Shown here: positions 14,791 through 23,070 of the stretch, piece after piece
Layout: every line of letters starts with the position of its first letter
Numbering within the stretch: position 1 is the stretch's first letter
Source of the DNA: Mycolicibacterium smegmatis
Lineage (GTDB): Bacteria > Actinomycetota > Actinomycetes > Mycobacteriales > Mycobacteriaceae
DNA: 32,000 bases
Assembly: GCF_001457595.1 (NCBI RefSeq)
Contig: NZ_LN831039.1
Location: forward strand, 6,480,001 to 6,512,000
Direction: 5' to 3'
Position numbers and translations under genes: made by a program
Notes under the pieces: model-generated
Databases searched by the model: none
What the model was told of the DNA's origin: nothing
What the model saw: the letters and a program-made list of their open reading frames with translations, nothing else

Positions 14791-16401
14791 GTGCAGTCAC
14801 GTCGTCCCGCGCCGTCGATCCTGTTCACCGCGATCGCGGCGACCCTGATCGTCGTCCCGTGGGCGCTCAGCGGGACCGGCGACGAACATCACAACCCCGC
14901 AGCCGACGCCCCGTCGCTCACGCAGCAGCCCCTCGACGACCTCGGTGGCGGCGAGACCATCCGGGAGATCCACCAGGACGAGCCGTTCTCCCTGGTCGCG
15001 CTGACCGCACAGGACCTCGACGGCACCTCGGCGCGCATCCGCGCCAAGAAGGCAGACGGGTCGTGGGGGCCGTGGTACGAGGCCGAGGCCCTCGACGGCG
15101 TCGGCGCCGACACCCCGGGCCCGCGCGGCACCGATCCGGTGTTCGTCGGACGCACCAACACCGTGCAGATCGCGATCACCCGGCCCGAGAACGCCGCGCC
15201 GACCGCCCCGGCCCCCAAGAACAAGGACGACAAGAACAAGCCCGATCTGGGCTACCGGCCCGCAACCGTGCAACAACCGCTGGGCCAGAACGTCACCGCG
15301 GTGCTGATCAGCCCGCCGCAGGCGCCCGCCGACATCGGCCCGCTGCCCACGGCCGTCACGGCCCCCGGCGTTCCGCCGCACATCATCGGCCGCGCGCAGT
15401 GGGGCGCCGACGAATCGATGCGGTGCCCGGCCGTGTACGACGCGGGGATCCGGGCCGGCATCGTGCACCACACGGCGGGCAGCAACGACTACGCGCCCGA
15501 GGATTCGGCGGGCATCGTGCGGTCGATCTACGAGTACCACACGAGAACTCTGGGCTGGTGCGACATCGCCTACAACGCGCTGGTCGACAAGTACGGGCAG
15601 GTCTTCGAGGGCCGGGCAGGCGGCATGGACCGGCCCGTGGAGGGCGCCCACACCGGCGGCTTCAACCGCGACACCTGGGGTGTGGCGATGATGGGGAACT
15701 TCGACGCGGTGCCCCCGACCCCGATCCAGTTGCGCACCACCGGAAGACTGCTGGGCTGGCGCCTGGGCCTGGACCGCATCGATCCGCACGGCACCGTGGT
15801 GCTCGCATCGGAAGGCGGGTCGTTCACCCACTTCCCGCGCGGCGCCACCCCGACGCTGCCCGCGATCTTCACGCACCGCGACGTCGGCAACACCGACTGC
15901 CCGGGCAACGCGGCATACGCCGAGATGGGCCGCCTGCGCGACATCGCCGCCCGGTTCAACCAGCCACCCGGACCCGAGGAACTCGCCGAGCAGATGCGCG
16001 GCGGCGCGATATTCGCGCGGTGGGAGTCCGTCGGCGGGCCCGCGGGTCCGCTCGGCAACCCGACCTCACCCGAGGCCGCGGCCGAGGGCGAGGCCCGCTA
16101 CGCGACCTTCGAGCGCGGTGCGATCTACTGGTCCCCCGTCACCGGGGCGCAGCCGCTCACCGGCGCGATCTACGAGGCCTGGGGCCGACTGGGTTTCGAG
16201 CGCGGTGCGCTGGGCCTGCCGACCAGCGGTGAGATCCACGAGCCGCTGTGGATCAAGCAGAACTTCCAGCACGGCACGCTGAACTTCGACCGTGAGAAGC
16301 ACACCGTGGTCCGCGTCATCGACGGTGTGCCACAGGAACTCCCACCCGCGGCCCCCGACGATCAGCCCGTGCAGCTCGAGCGCTTCACGCCGATCGCCTG
16401 A
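14791..16401 (+). CDS. Secreted N-acetylmuramoyl-L-alanine amidase (PGRP/Amidase_2 domain) with C-terminal LGFP repeats (Rv3811-like)
   Basis: GTG start; N-terminal TM/signal segment; GIVHHTAGSND, GWCDIAYNALVDKYGQVFEGRAGG, HRDVGNTDCPG (zinc-ligand pattern); AWGRLGFERGALGLPTSGE LGFP-like repeats. Confidence 0.92.
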   Translation: MQSRRPAPSILFTAIAATLIVVPWALSGTGDEHHNPAADAPSLTQQPLDDLGGGETIREIHQDEPFSLVALTAQDLDGTSARIRAKKADGSWGPWYEAEALDGVGADTPGPRGTDPVFVGRTNTVQIAITRPENAAPTAPAPKNKDDKNKPDLGYRPATVQQPLGQNVTAVLISPPQAPADIGPLPTAVTAPGVPPHIIGRAQWGADESMRCPAVYDAGIRAGIVHHTAGSNDYAPEDSAGIVRSIYEYHTRTLGWCDIAYNALVDKYGQVFEGRAGGMDRPVEGAHTGGFNRDTWGVAMMGNFDAVPPTPIQLRTTGRLLGWRLGLDRIDPHGTVVLASEGGSFTHFPRGATPTLPAIFTHRDVGNTDCPGNAAYAEMGRLRDIAARFNQPPGPEELAEQMRGGAIFARWESVGGPAGPLGNPTSPEAAAEGEARYATFERGAIYWSPVTGAQPLTGAIYEAWGRLGFERGALGLPTSGEIHEPLWIKQNFQHGTLNFDREKHTVVRVIDGVPQELPPAAPDDQPVQLERFTPIA

Positions 16402-16438
16402 GCCGAAAATCCCGAAAGCCCGAAAAGCCCGAAAAGCC

Positions 16439-17263
16439 TCAGCCCCACCAGCGTTCGAGCACGGTCGCCACACCGTCCTCGGCGTTGGTGGTGGTGACCT
16501 CGTCGGCAGCGGCCTTGGCCTCGGGATGCGCGTTGCCCATCGCCACGCCGCGGCCGGCCCAGCTGAGCATCGGGACGTCGTTGGGCATGTCGCCGAACGC
16601 GACGATGTCGGCGTCGGTGAGCCCGAGCGGGCCCGCGAGTTCGGCGACGCCCGTGGCCTTGCTGATGCCCGACGGCACGATCTCGATGAGGCCGTTGTTG
16701 GTCGAGTAGGTGATGTCGCCCTGCGCGCCGATGTGCTTGACCAGTTCGGCGGCCATGTCGGCACTCTGCGCCCCCGCCTTGCGGATCAACAGCTTCACCG
16801 CGGGCGCGCTCAGCAGATCCTCGACCGACACCTCGGTGTTGTCCGGGTTGAGCCACGCGTGCTCGTAACCGGGCGAGCTGACGAACTGAGGTGTGGCGGC
16901 GTCATGGGCCGAGCGGCCCACGCGTTCGACGGCCAGGCCCGCACCGGGGATCACGTGCGTCGCGATGTCGGCGAGTTCGGCGAGCATCTCCGGCGACAGC
17001 GTGCGCGCCGAGACGATCCGGTCGGTGGCGGGGTCGTAGATCACCGCCCCGTTGGCACAGACCGCCATGGGTGCCAGGCCAAGCCCGTCCACCACGGGCT
17101 GGATCCACCGCGGCGGGCGCCCCGTCGCGAGCACGAACGTCGCACCCGCGGCGACGGCCGCCCGGACCGCGGCGCGGGTACGCGGCGTGACCCGCTCGTC
17201 TTCGTCGAGCAGCGTGCCGTCGACGTCGGTGGCGATGAGCCCCGGCGTTTTGTCAGAGGTCAC
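16439..17263 (-). CDS. HAD-superfamily Cof-type hydrolase/phosphatase (Rv3813c-like)
   Basis: GTG start; IATDVDGTLLDEDERVTPRTRAAV, FVLATGRPPR, ADIVAFGDMPNDVPMLSWAGRGVAMGNA motifs. The supplied ORF is over-extended to 17578. Confidence 0.9.
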   Translation of the reverse strand: MTSDKTPGLIATDVDGTLLDEDERVTPRTRAAVRAAVAAGATFVLATGRPPRWIQPVVDGLGLAPMAVCANGAVIYDPATDRIVSARTLSPEMLAELADIATHVIPGAGLAVERVGRSAHDAATPQFVSSPGYEHAWLNPDNTEVSVEDLLSAPAVKLLIRKAGAQSADMAAELVKHIGAQGDITYSTNNGLIEIVPSGISKATGVAELAGPLGLTDADIVAFGDMPNDVPMLSWAGRGVAMGNAHPEAKAAADEVTTTNAEDGVATVLERWWG

Positions 17264-18021
17264 CGGTTGGTCTTCGCTTTCCGTTCGGCACGTTTGCGGG
17301 CCCGTTCGGCCAGTTCCGCCTCGTCGCGGCGTTTGGCCTCTTCGGGTGTGGGCGCCCCGCCGCCGAGGCGGCGCGGCACCCAAAAGGCCCCGGGCGGGGC
17401 GGGATAGTCGCGCTGTGCGCTCTCGAGCATGTCCGACATGGCCGCGCGCAGGGCCGCGCCGAGTTCGTCGGGAGATCCCGAAGCCTCGATGGGCGGCCCG
17501 ACGCAGACGTTGATCGGGATCTTTTTGCGCCCGATCGCCCTCGGGTGGTCCTTGGTCCAGATGCGCTGCGCACCCCACACGATCAGCGGGATGATCGGAA
17601 CCCCGGCCTCCAGCGCCATCCGCACGGCGCCGGTCTTGAACTCCTTGAGCTCGAAACTGCGGCTGATCGTCGCCTCGGGGTACACCCCGACGAGTTCACC
17701 GGCCCGCAGCGCCTCGACCGCGGCGGCGTAGGCCCCCGCGCCCGCGCTGCGGTCCACCGGGATGGTGCCGGTGTGTCTGATCAGGTAGCGGATCACGGCC
17801 ACCTGTTCCATCTCGGCCTTGATCATGAACCGCATGCGGCGGCCACGTTCGGTCGCGGCGAGACCCGCGGGCAGGAAGTCGACGTAGCTGGTGTGGTTGA
17901 TCGCAACCACCGCACCGCCGGTCGCCGGCAGATTCTCCAGGCCGCTGAAGGTGATCCGGGATCCGGTGGCCCGGACCGCAAGCCGCGCCGCGATCTCCAA
18001 ACTGCGGAAAACCGGTTCCAT
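17260..18021 (-). CDS. PlsC-like 1-acylglycerol-3-phosphate acyltransferase (Rv3814c-Rv3816c family), copy 1
   Basis: 253 aa; NHTSYVD (HX4D), GVYPEATISRSFELKEFKTG, GVPIIPLIVWGAQRIWTK; GTGA overlap with the HAD gene. Confidence 0.88.
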   Translation of the reverse strand: MEPVFRSLEIAARLAVRATGSRITFSGLENLPATGGAVVAINHTSYVDFLPAGLAATERGRRMRFMIKAEMEQVAVIRYLIRHTGTIPVDRSAGAGAYAAAVEALRAGELVGVYPEATISRSFELKEFKTGAVRMALEAGVPIIPLIVWGAQRIWTKDHPRAIGRKKIPINVCVGPPIEASGSPDELGAALRAAMSDMLESAQRDYPAPPGAFWVPRRLGGGAPTPEEAKRRDEAELAERARKRAERKAKTNR

Positions 18022-18027
18022 ACGCTG

Positions 18028-18819
18028 CTACCCCGGCGCCCCGGAGGGTTCGGCAGGTCCTGAGCCGCTCTGCTTCGCGCGCCGCGCGGCCTTCTCGGCC
18101 GCCTCCTCGGCGTCCATCAGGTTCGCCTCGGCCAGCGACGGTGCGCCGCCGCCCAGCCGGTGCGGCACCCAGAACTCACCCGCCGGATGCGGACCGTAGG
18201 AGTCCTGCACCTGCTCCAGCAGGTGCTGCATGCGCGAGTGCAGCAACGCGGTCAGTTCCGGCGCGGGCAGCGTCGGTGCGATGGGCTCGCCGACGGCGAT
18301 GAAGATCGGCACCTTGGGCCGGTACAGGTTCTTCGGACGTCCCTTGGTCCAGATGCGCTGGGCGCCCCACACGATGTGCGGGATGATCGGCACGTCCGCC
18401 TCGATCGCCATGCGCGCGGCGCCGGACTTCAGCTCCTTGATCTCGAAGCTGCGGCTGATCGTCGCCTCGGGGTACACGCCGACGAGTTCGCCGGCCTTGA
18501 GGTACTCGCAGGCCTGCTCGAACGAGGCCGCGCCGCTGTGGCGGTCCACCTCGATGTGGCGCAGGCTGCGCATGATCGGACCGGTGATCTTGTTGTCGAA
18601 GACTTCCTTCTTCGCCATGAAGCGCACCTTGCGGCCCCGCTTCTGCAAATAGGCCGGCAGCCCGGCGAAGGTGAAGTCGAAGTAGCTGGTGTGGTTGATC
18701 GCCACCACCGCGCCGCCGGTGACGGGCAGGTTCTCCACCCCGGTCACCGTGAACTTGAGCCCTTGCAACCGCCAGGCCAGGCGGGCCAGTTGGATGACAG
18801 TCCCGTACACCGGTTCCAC
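18028..18819 (-). CDS. PlsC-like acyltransferase, copy 2
   Basis: Start GTG at 18819 (VEPVYGTVIQLARLAW), NHTSYFD (HX4D), GVYPEATISRSFEIKELKSG, IVWGAQRIWTKG. The supplied ORF reading to 20493 runs antisense through the next gene. Confidence 0.88.
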   Translation of the reverse strand: MEPVYGTVIQLARLAWRLQGLKFTVTGVENLPVTGGAVVAINHTSYFDFTFAGLPAYLQKRGRKVRFMAKKEVFDNKITGPIMRSLRHIEVDRHSGAASFEQACEYLKAGELVGVYPEATISRSFEIKELKSGAARMAIEADVPIIPHIVWGAQRIWTKGRPKNLYRPKVPIFIAVGEPIAPTLPAPELTALLHSRMQHLLEQVQDSYGPHPAGEFWVPHRLGGGAPSLAEANLMDAEEAAEKAARRAKQSGSGPAEPSGAPG

Positions 18820-18960
18820 AGCCGCAAGCGTAATGCCCACGGGTTGCGCGGCGTAGACGCGTGGCCCGCCCGCACGCGGCTGACCTGCCGGACTTCGGTC
18901 CGACGCCGGGTTCCAGCTAGGCTGGCGAAGCACTCTTGTTTCACCAGTGAAAGGCTGTTT

Positions 18961-20517
18961 GTGCAGGTCACCAGTGTCGGGCACGCCGGCTTTCTGATCG
19001 AGTCCCGGGCAGGCAGCATCCTGTGCGACCCCTGGGTCAACCCCGCTTATTTCGCCTCGTGGTTCCCGTTCCCGGACAACAGCCAACTCGACTGGGACGC
19101 GCTCGGCGACGTCGACTACCTCTACGTGTCGCACCTGCACAAGGACCACTTCGACCCCGAGCACCTGCGCCGGTACGTCAACAAGGACGCCGTGGTGCTG
19201 CTGCCGGACTACCCGGTGCCCGATCTGCGCCGCGAGCTCGAGAAGCTGGGCTTCCACAACTTCTTCGAGACCACCGACTCGGTCAAGCACACCGTCAGCG
19301 GCCCCAAGGGCGACCTCGACGTGATGATCATCGCGCTGCGCGCGCCCGCCGACGGCCCGATCGGGGACTCCGGTCTGGTGGTTTCGGACCGCGTCACCAC
19401 CGTTTTCAATATGAACGACGCGCGTCCGGTCGATCTCGATGTGCTGCACACCGACTTCGGCCAGATCGACGTGCACATGCTGCAGTACTCGGGCGCGATC
19501 TGGTACCCGATGGTCTACGACATGCCCGCGCGCGCCAAGGAGGCGTTCGGCATCCAGAAGCGCCAGCGGCAGATGGACCGCTGCCGTCAGTACATCGCGC
19601 AGGTCGGTGCGACCTGGGTGGTGCCGTCGGCGGGCCCGCCGTGCTTCCTGGACCCCGAGCTGCGCGATCTCAACGACGACCACGGCGACCCGGCCAACAT
19701 CTTCCCGGACCAGATGGTGTTCCTGGAGCAGCTGCGCATCCACGGCCACGACGGCGGCCTGCTGATGATCCCCGGCAGCACTGCCGATTTCACGGGTTCG
19801 ACGCTCAACTCGCTGACGCATCCGGTGGACGATCCCGAGTCGATCTTCACCACGGGCAAGGCCGCGTACATCGAGGACTACGCGCAGCGCATGGCACCGG
19901 TGCTGGCCGCGGAGAAGGCGCGCTGGGCCCCGTCGGCCGGCGAGCCGATGCTGGAGGCGCTGCGCGCGCTGTTCGAGCCGATCATGACGCAGACCGACCA
20001 GATCTGCGACGGCATCGGCTACCCCGTCGAGCTGCGGCTGACCGGCCGCGACCACAACGAGACCGTGGTGCTCGACTTCCCCAAACGGGTTGTCCGCGAA
20101 CCGATCCCCGACGAGAGGTTCCGCTACGGCTTCGAGATCCCCGCCGCTCTGGTGCGTACGGTGTTGCGCGACGAGGAACCGGACTGGGTCAACACGATAT
20201 TCTTGTCGACGCGGTTCAGGGCCTGGCGTGTGGGCGGGTACAACGAGTATCTGTACACGTTCTTCAAGTGCCTCACCGACGAGCGGATCGCCTACGCCGA
20301 CGGCTGGTTCGCCGAGGCCCACGACGACTCGTCGTCGATCACCCTGGACGGCTTCCAGATCCAGCGGCGCTGCCCGCACCTGAAGGCCGACCTGTCGAAG
20401 TTCGGTGTGGTGGAAGGCAACACGCTGACCTGCAACCTGCACGGCTGGCAGTGGAACCTGGAGAACGGCAGGTGCCTGACCACCAAGGGCCACGAACTGA
20501 GGTGCCAGAAGCTGTGA
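18961..20517 (+). CDS. Metallo-beta-lactamase fold / C-terminal Rieske [2Fe-2S] fusion protein (Rv3818-like)
   Basis: Starts GTG 18961: VQVTSVGHAGFLIESRAGSILCDPW, HLHKDH (HxHxDH) MBL motif, C-terminal CPH-x17-CNLHGWQW Rieske motif. Confidence 0.88.
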   Translation: MQVTSVGHAGFLIESRAGSILCDPWVNPAYFASWFPFPDNSQLDWDALGDVDYLYVSHLHKDHFDPEHLRRYVNKDAVVLLPDYPVPDLRRELEKLGFHNFFETTDSVKHTVSGPKGDLDVMIIALRAPADGPIGDSGLVVSDRVTTVFNMNDARPVDLDVLHTDFGQIDVHMLQYSGAIWYPMVYDMPARAKEAFGIQKRQRQMDRCRQYIAQVGATWVVPSAGPPCFLDPELRDLNDDHGDPANIFPDQMVFLEQLRIHGHDGGLLMIPGSTADFTGSTLNSLTHPVDDPESIFTTGKAAYIEDYAQRMAPVLAAEKARWAPSAGEPMLEALRALFEPIMTQTDQICDGIGYPVELRLTGRDHNETVVLDFPKRVVREPIPDERFRYGFEIPAALVRTVLRDEEPDWVNTIFLSTRFRAWRVGGYNEYLYTFFKCLTDERIAYADGWFAEAHDDSSSITLDGFQIQRRCPHLKADLSKFGVVEGNTLTCNLHGWQWNLENGRCLTTKGHELRCQKL

Positions 20518-20846
20518 CCGCGCCGCGGCAGTACTACGACGACGGCCTGGTCCAGCTGGACCAGGAGGCGATCACGTTGCGCCGCTACCACTTTCCGTCG
20601 GGCACGTCGAAGGTGATCCCGCTGCGCGACGTGCGCGGCTACACCGCGACCGGGCTGGATCTGCTGCACCGGTTCCGGCTGTGGGGCAGCGCGGATCTGC
20701 GTCGCTGGCTGCCGCTGGACGTCGGCCGTCCGCTGCGCTCGACGCTGGTCACCCTCGACGTCGCCGGGACGCGGTGGCGCCCCGCGTTCACCCCCGCCGA
20801 TCCCGATGAGTTCACCGCGCGGCTCGACGAACTGCTGAAATCCTGA
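20514..20846 (+). CDS. Small conserved hypothetical protein (Rv3819-like), translationally coupled
   Basis: GTG start overlaps the upstream TGA (GTGA); VTAPRQYYDDGLVQLDQEAITLRRYHFPSGTSKVIPLRDVRGYT...WRPAFTPADPDEFTARLDELLKS; looks like a short PH-like beta domain. Confidence 0.75.
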   Translation: MTAPRQYYDDGLVQLDQEAITLRRYHFPSGTSKVIPLRDVRGYTATGLDLLHRFRLWGSADLRRWLPLDVGRPLRSTLVTLDVAGTRWRPAFTPADPDEFTARLDELLKS

Positions 20847-20849
20847 ACG

Positions 20850-21668
20850 TCAGCCGGCCGTGACGATCTGGCGCAGTTCCGAGGCCTCACTGGAGGCGCT
20901 GTCGTAGACGCGCACGATGGCCTCGTCCCCCGGCTTGAGGTAGGTCGACTCGCCCAGCGGCGTGTACCGCGTCGCGCCGATGCCGATCAGCACGACCTCG
21001 GGGTGTCCGCTGGCCACCATCAGGGCGCCCACATCCTCCAGAGGCGTGTCGTCGGAACCCTTCTGGTTCGCCAGCCGCTCGACGATCCAGTCCAGCAGCA
21101 CCTCGCCGTAGTACGAGTAGCCCACCAGGGGTGAGTCGACGCCGTACGCGTGCTGCTGACCGCCGTCCTCGCGCAGGTAGCACACCAGACGCATGGTCGC
21201 GGTGGGGCCGTCCGGGGTCAGATCGCTGATCTCGAAGAACTGCGAGGCCACACCTTTCGACGCCGGTCCCCAGTTCTTCTTGTGGCTGATCTTGGGTGCG
21301 CCGGGCCTGCGGATCGAGCAGTCGTTGAAGGCACCGAGCGCGAACGGCTCGAGCCGGGCCACCGTGTCGCCGTTCCACACCACCTGGCAGGCCACGCCCA
21401 CCTCGGGTTCGATCTGCAGGTTGAGCGGCCCCTGGAACTCCTCGGAGGCCTCGGGCAGTTTGATGCTCTCACTCGACAGCGGGAACTCGCCGAGGAAGTC
21501 GTCACGGCCGGGGGCGTACCACGGGAAGATGCCCTTGGGCGCGTATCCCTCGGTCACCACCTTGGTGAAATCGCTTGCCTCGCCTGCCTGTTCGAGGTGG
21601 CCGGCGAAGTTGCCCGCGACGCCGAACCCGAACCAGTTCCGCGCTTCGGTGAGGTCGATGTCGATCAT
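20850..21668 (-). CDS. Conserved hypothetical protein, DUF5718-like
   Basis: 272 aa [37 protein letters not shown]..., ATG at 21668 overlaps the serS stop (ATGA). Confidence 0.75.
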   Translation of the reverse strand: MIDIDLTEARNWFGFGVAGNFAGHLEQAGEASDFTKVVTEGYAPKGIFPWYAPGRDDFLGEFPLSSESIKLPEASEEFQGPLNLQIEPEVGVACQVVWNGDTVARLEPFALGAFNDCSIRRPGAPKISHKKNWGPASKGVASQFFEISDLTPDGPTATMRLVCYLREDGGQQHAYGVDSPLVGYSYYGEVLLDWIVERLANQKGSDDTPLEDVGALMVASGHPEVVLIGIGATRYTPLGESTYLKPGDEAIVRVYDSASSEASELRQIVTAG

Positions 21669-22918
21669 GGCTCGAGCACTTCCGTTCTGACGTAGGGCAC
21701 AAGGGCAGCGGGCACGCGCACGCTGCCGTCGGGCTGCTGATGGTTCTCCAGGATCGCGACCAGCCACCGTGTGGTGGCGAGCGTGCCGTTGAGGGTCGCG
21801 GCAATCTGCGGTTTGCCGTTGTCGTCGCGGTAGCGCGTGGACAACCGGCGCGCCTGGAACGTCGTACAGTTCGACGTCGACGTGAGCTCACGGTAGGTCT
21901 GCTGCGTCGGCACCCACGCCTCGCAGTCGTACTTGCGCGCGGCCGACGATCCGAGATCGCCTGCGGCGACGTCGATCACGCGGTACGGCACCTCGATCGC
22001 GGCCAGCATCTCGCGCTGCCAGCCCAGCAACCGCTGGTGCTCGGCCTCGGCGTCCTCGGGCTTGCAGTAGATGAAGCCCTCGACCTTGTCGAACTGGTGT
22101 ACGCGGATGATGCCGCGCGTGTCCTTGCCGTAGCTGCCCGCCTCGCGGCGGAAGCACGACGACCACCCGGCGTAGCGGCGCGGTCCCGCGGACAGGTCGA
22201 GGATCTCGTCGGCGTGGTAACCGGCCAGCGGCACCTCCGAGGTCCCGACGAGGTACATGTCGTCGGCCTCGAGCCGGTACACCTCGTCGGCGTGCGCGCC
22301 GAGAAACCCGGTGCCGCGCATCACCTCGGGACGCACCAGCACGGGCGGGATCATGAGCGTGAACCCGTTCTGGACGGCCACCTGCGTGGCGAGCTGAAGC
22401 AGCCCGAGCTGAAGCAGCGCACCGGCACCGGTCAAGAAGTAGAACCGCGAACCCGACACCTTGGCGCCGCGTTCCATGTCGATCAGGCCGAGCGACTCAC
22501 CGAGCTCCAGGTGGTCTTTGGGGTTCTCGATGGCCCGCGGTTCACCCACGGTGTCGAGCACCACGAAGTCGTCCTCGCCGCCCGCGGGCACGCCTTCGAT
22601 GATCACGTTGCTGATCGCCATGTGCGCGGCCGTGAACGCCTGTTCGGCCTCGGCCTGCGCGGCCTCGGCGGCCTTGACCTGCTCGGCGAGGTCCTTGGCC
22701 CGCTGCAGCAGGGCCGGGCGCTCGTCCGGGGACGCCTTGCCGACGAGCTTGCTCGCGGCCTTCTGCTCGGCCCGCAGATTGTCGGCGGCCGACACCGCCG
22801 AGCGGCGTGCCGTATCGGCGGCCAGCAGCGCGTCCACAAGCGCCGGGTCCTCGCCGCGGGCGCGTTGTGACGCGCGGACGATGTCGGGATTCTCGCGCAG
22901 CAGCCTGAGGTCGATCAC
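21665..22918 (-). CDS. serS: Seryl-tRNA synthetase
   Basis: 417 aa [24 protein letters not shown]..., class II aaRS motifs (motif 2 [28 protein letters not shown], motif 3 [28 protein letters not shown]); GTG start. Confidence 0.97.
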   Translation of the reverse strand: MIDLRLLRENPDIVRASQRARGEDPALVDALLAADTARRSAVSAADNLRAEQKAASKLVGKASPDERPALLQRAKDLAEQVKAAEAAQAEAEQAFTAAHMAISNVIIEGVPAGGEDDFVVLDTVGEPRAIENPKDHLELGESLGLIDMERGAKVSGSRFYFLTGAGALLQLGLLQLATQVAVQNGFTLMIPPVLVRPEVMRGTGFLGAHADEVYRLEADDMYLVGTSEVPLAGYHADEILDLSAGPRRYAGWSSCFRREAGSYGKDTRGIIRVHQFDKVEGFIYCKPEDAEAEHQRLLGWQREMLAAIEVPYRVIDVAAGDLGSSAARKYDCEAWVPTQQTYRELTSTSNCTTFQARRLSTRYRDDNGKPQIAATLNGTLATTRWLVAILENHQQPDGSVRVPAALVPYVRTEVLEP

Positions 22919-23070
22919 GGGCGCAACCCTACTTTTGGCGCGGCGGTACGTACATTCCAGGTGCGGGGAGCGTCAGCGGCCGCATCGGGAGCGTGTCCGG
23001 CCGGCCGCAAGCACAACCTCGTAACGTTACAACCGCATCAGTTGTCACAGCGCCTGACACGCCTGTCACA

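Noticed and set aside
14373-16232. 619-aa plus-strand ORF overlapping erp and the amidase gene
   Set aside because: Out-of-frame reading through two well-supported genes and the intergenic hairpin.
18160-18960. N-terminal extension of the MBL-Rieske ORF
   Set aside because: Antisense to the acyltransferase gene and covers the divergent promoter region; homology starts at 18961.
18820-20493. Antisense extension of acyltransferase copy 2 (821-aa ORF)
   Set aside because: His/Val/Arg/Gln-rich translation of the complement of the MBL-Rieske gene; real homology starts at VEPVYGTV.
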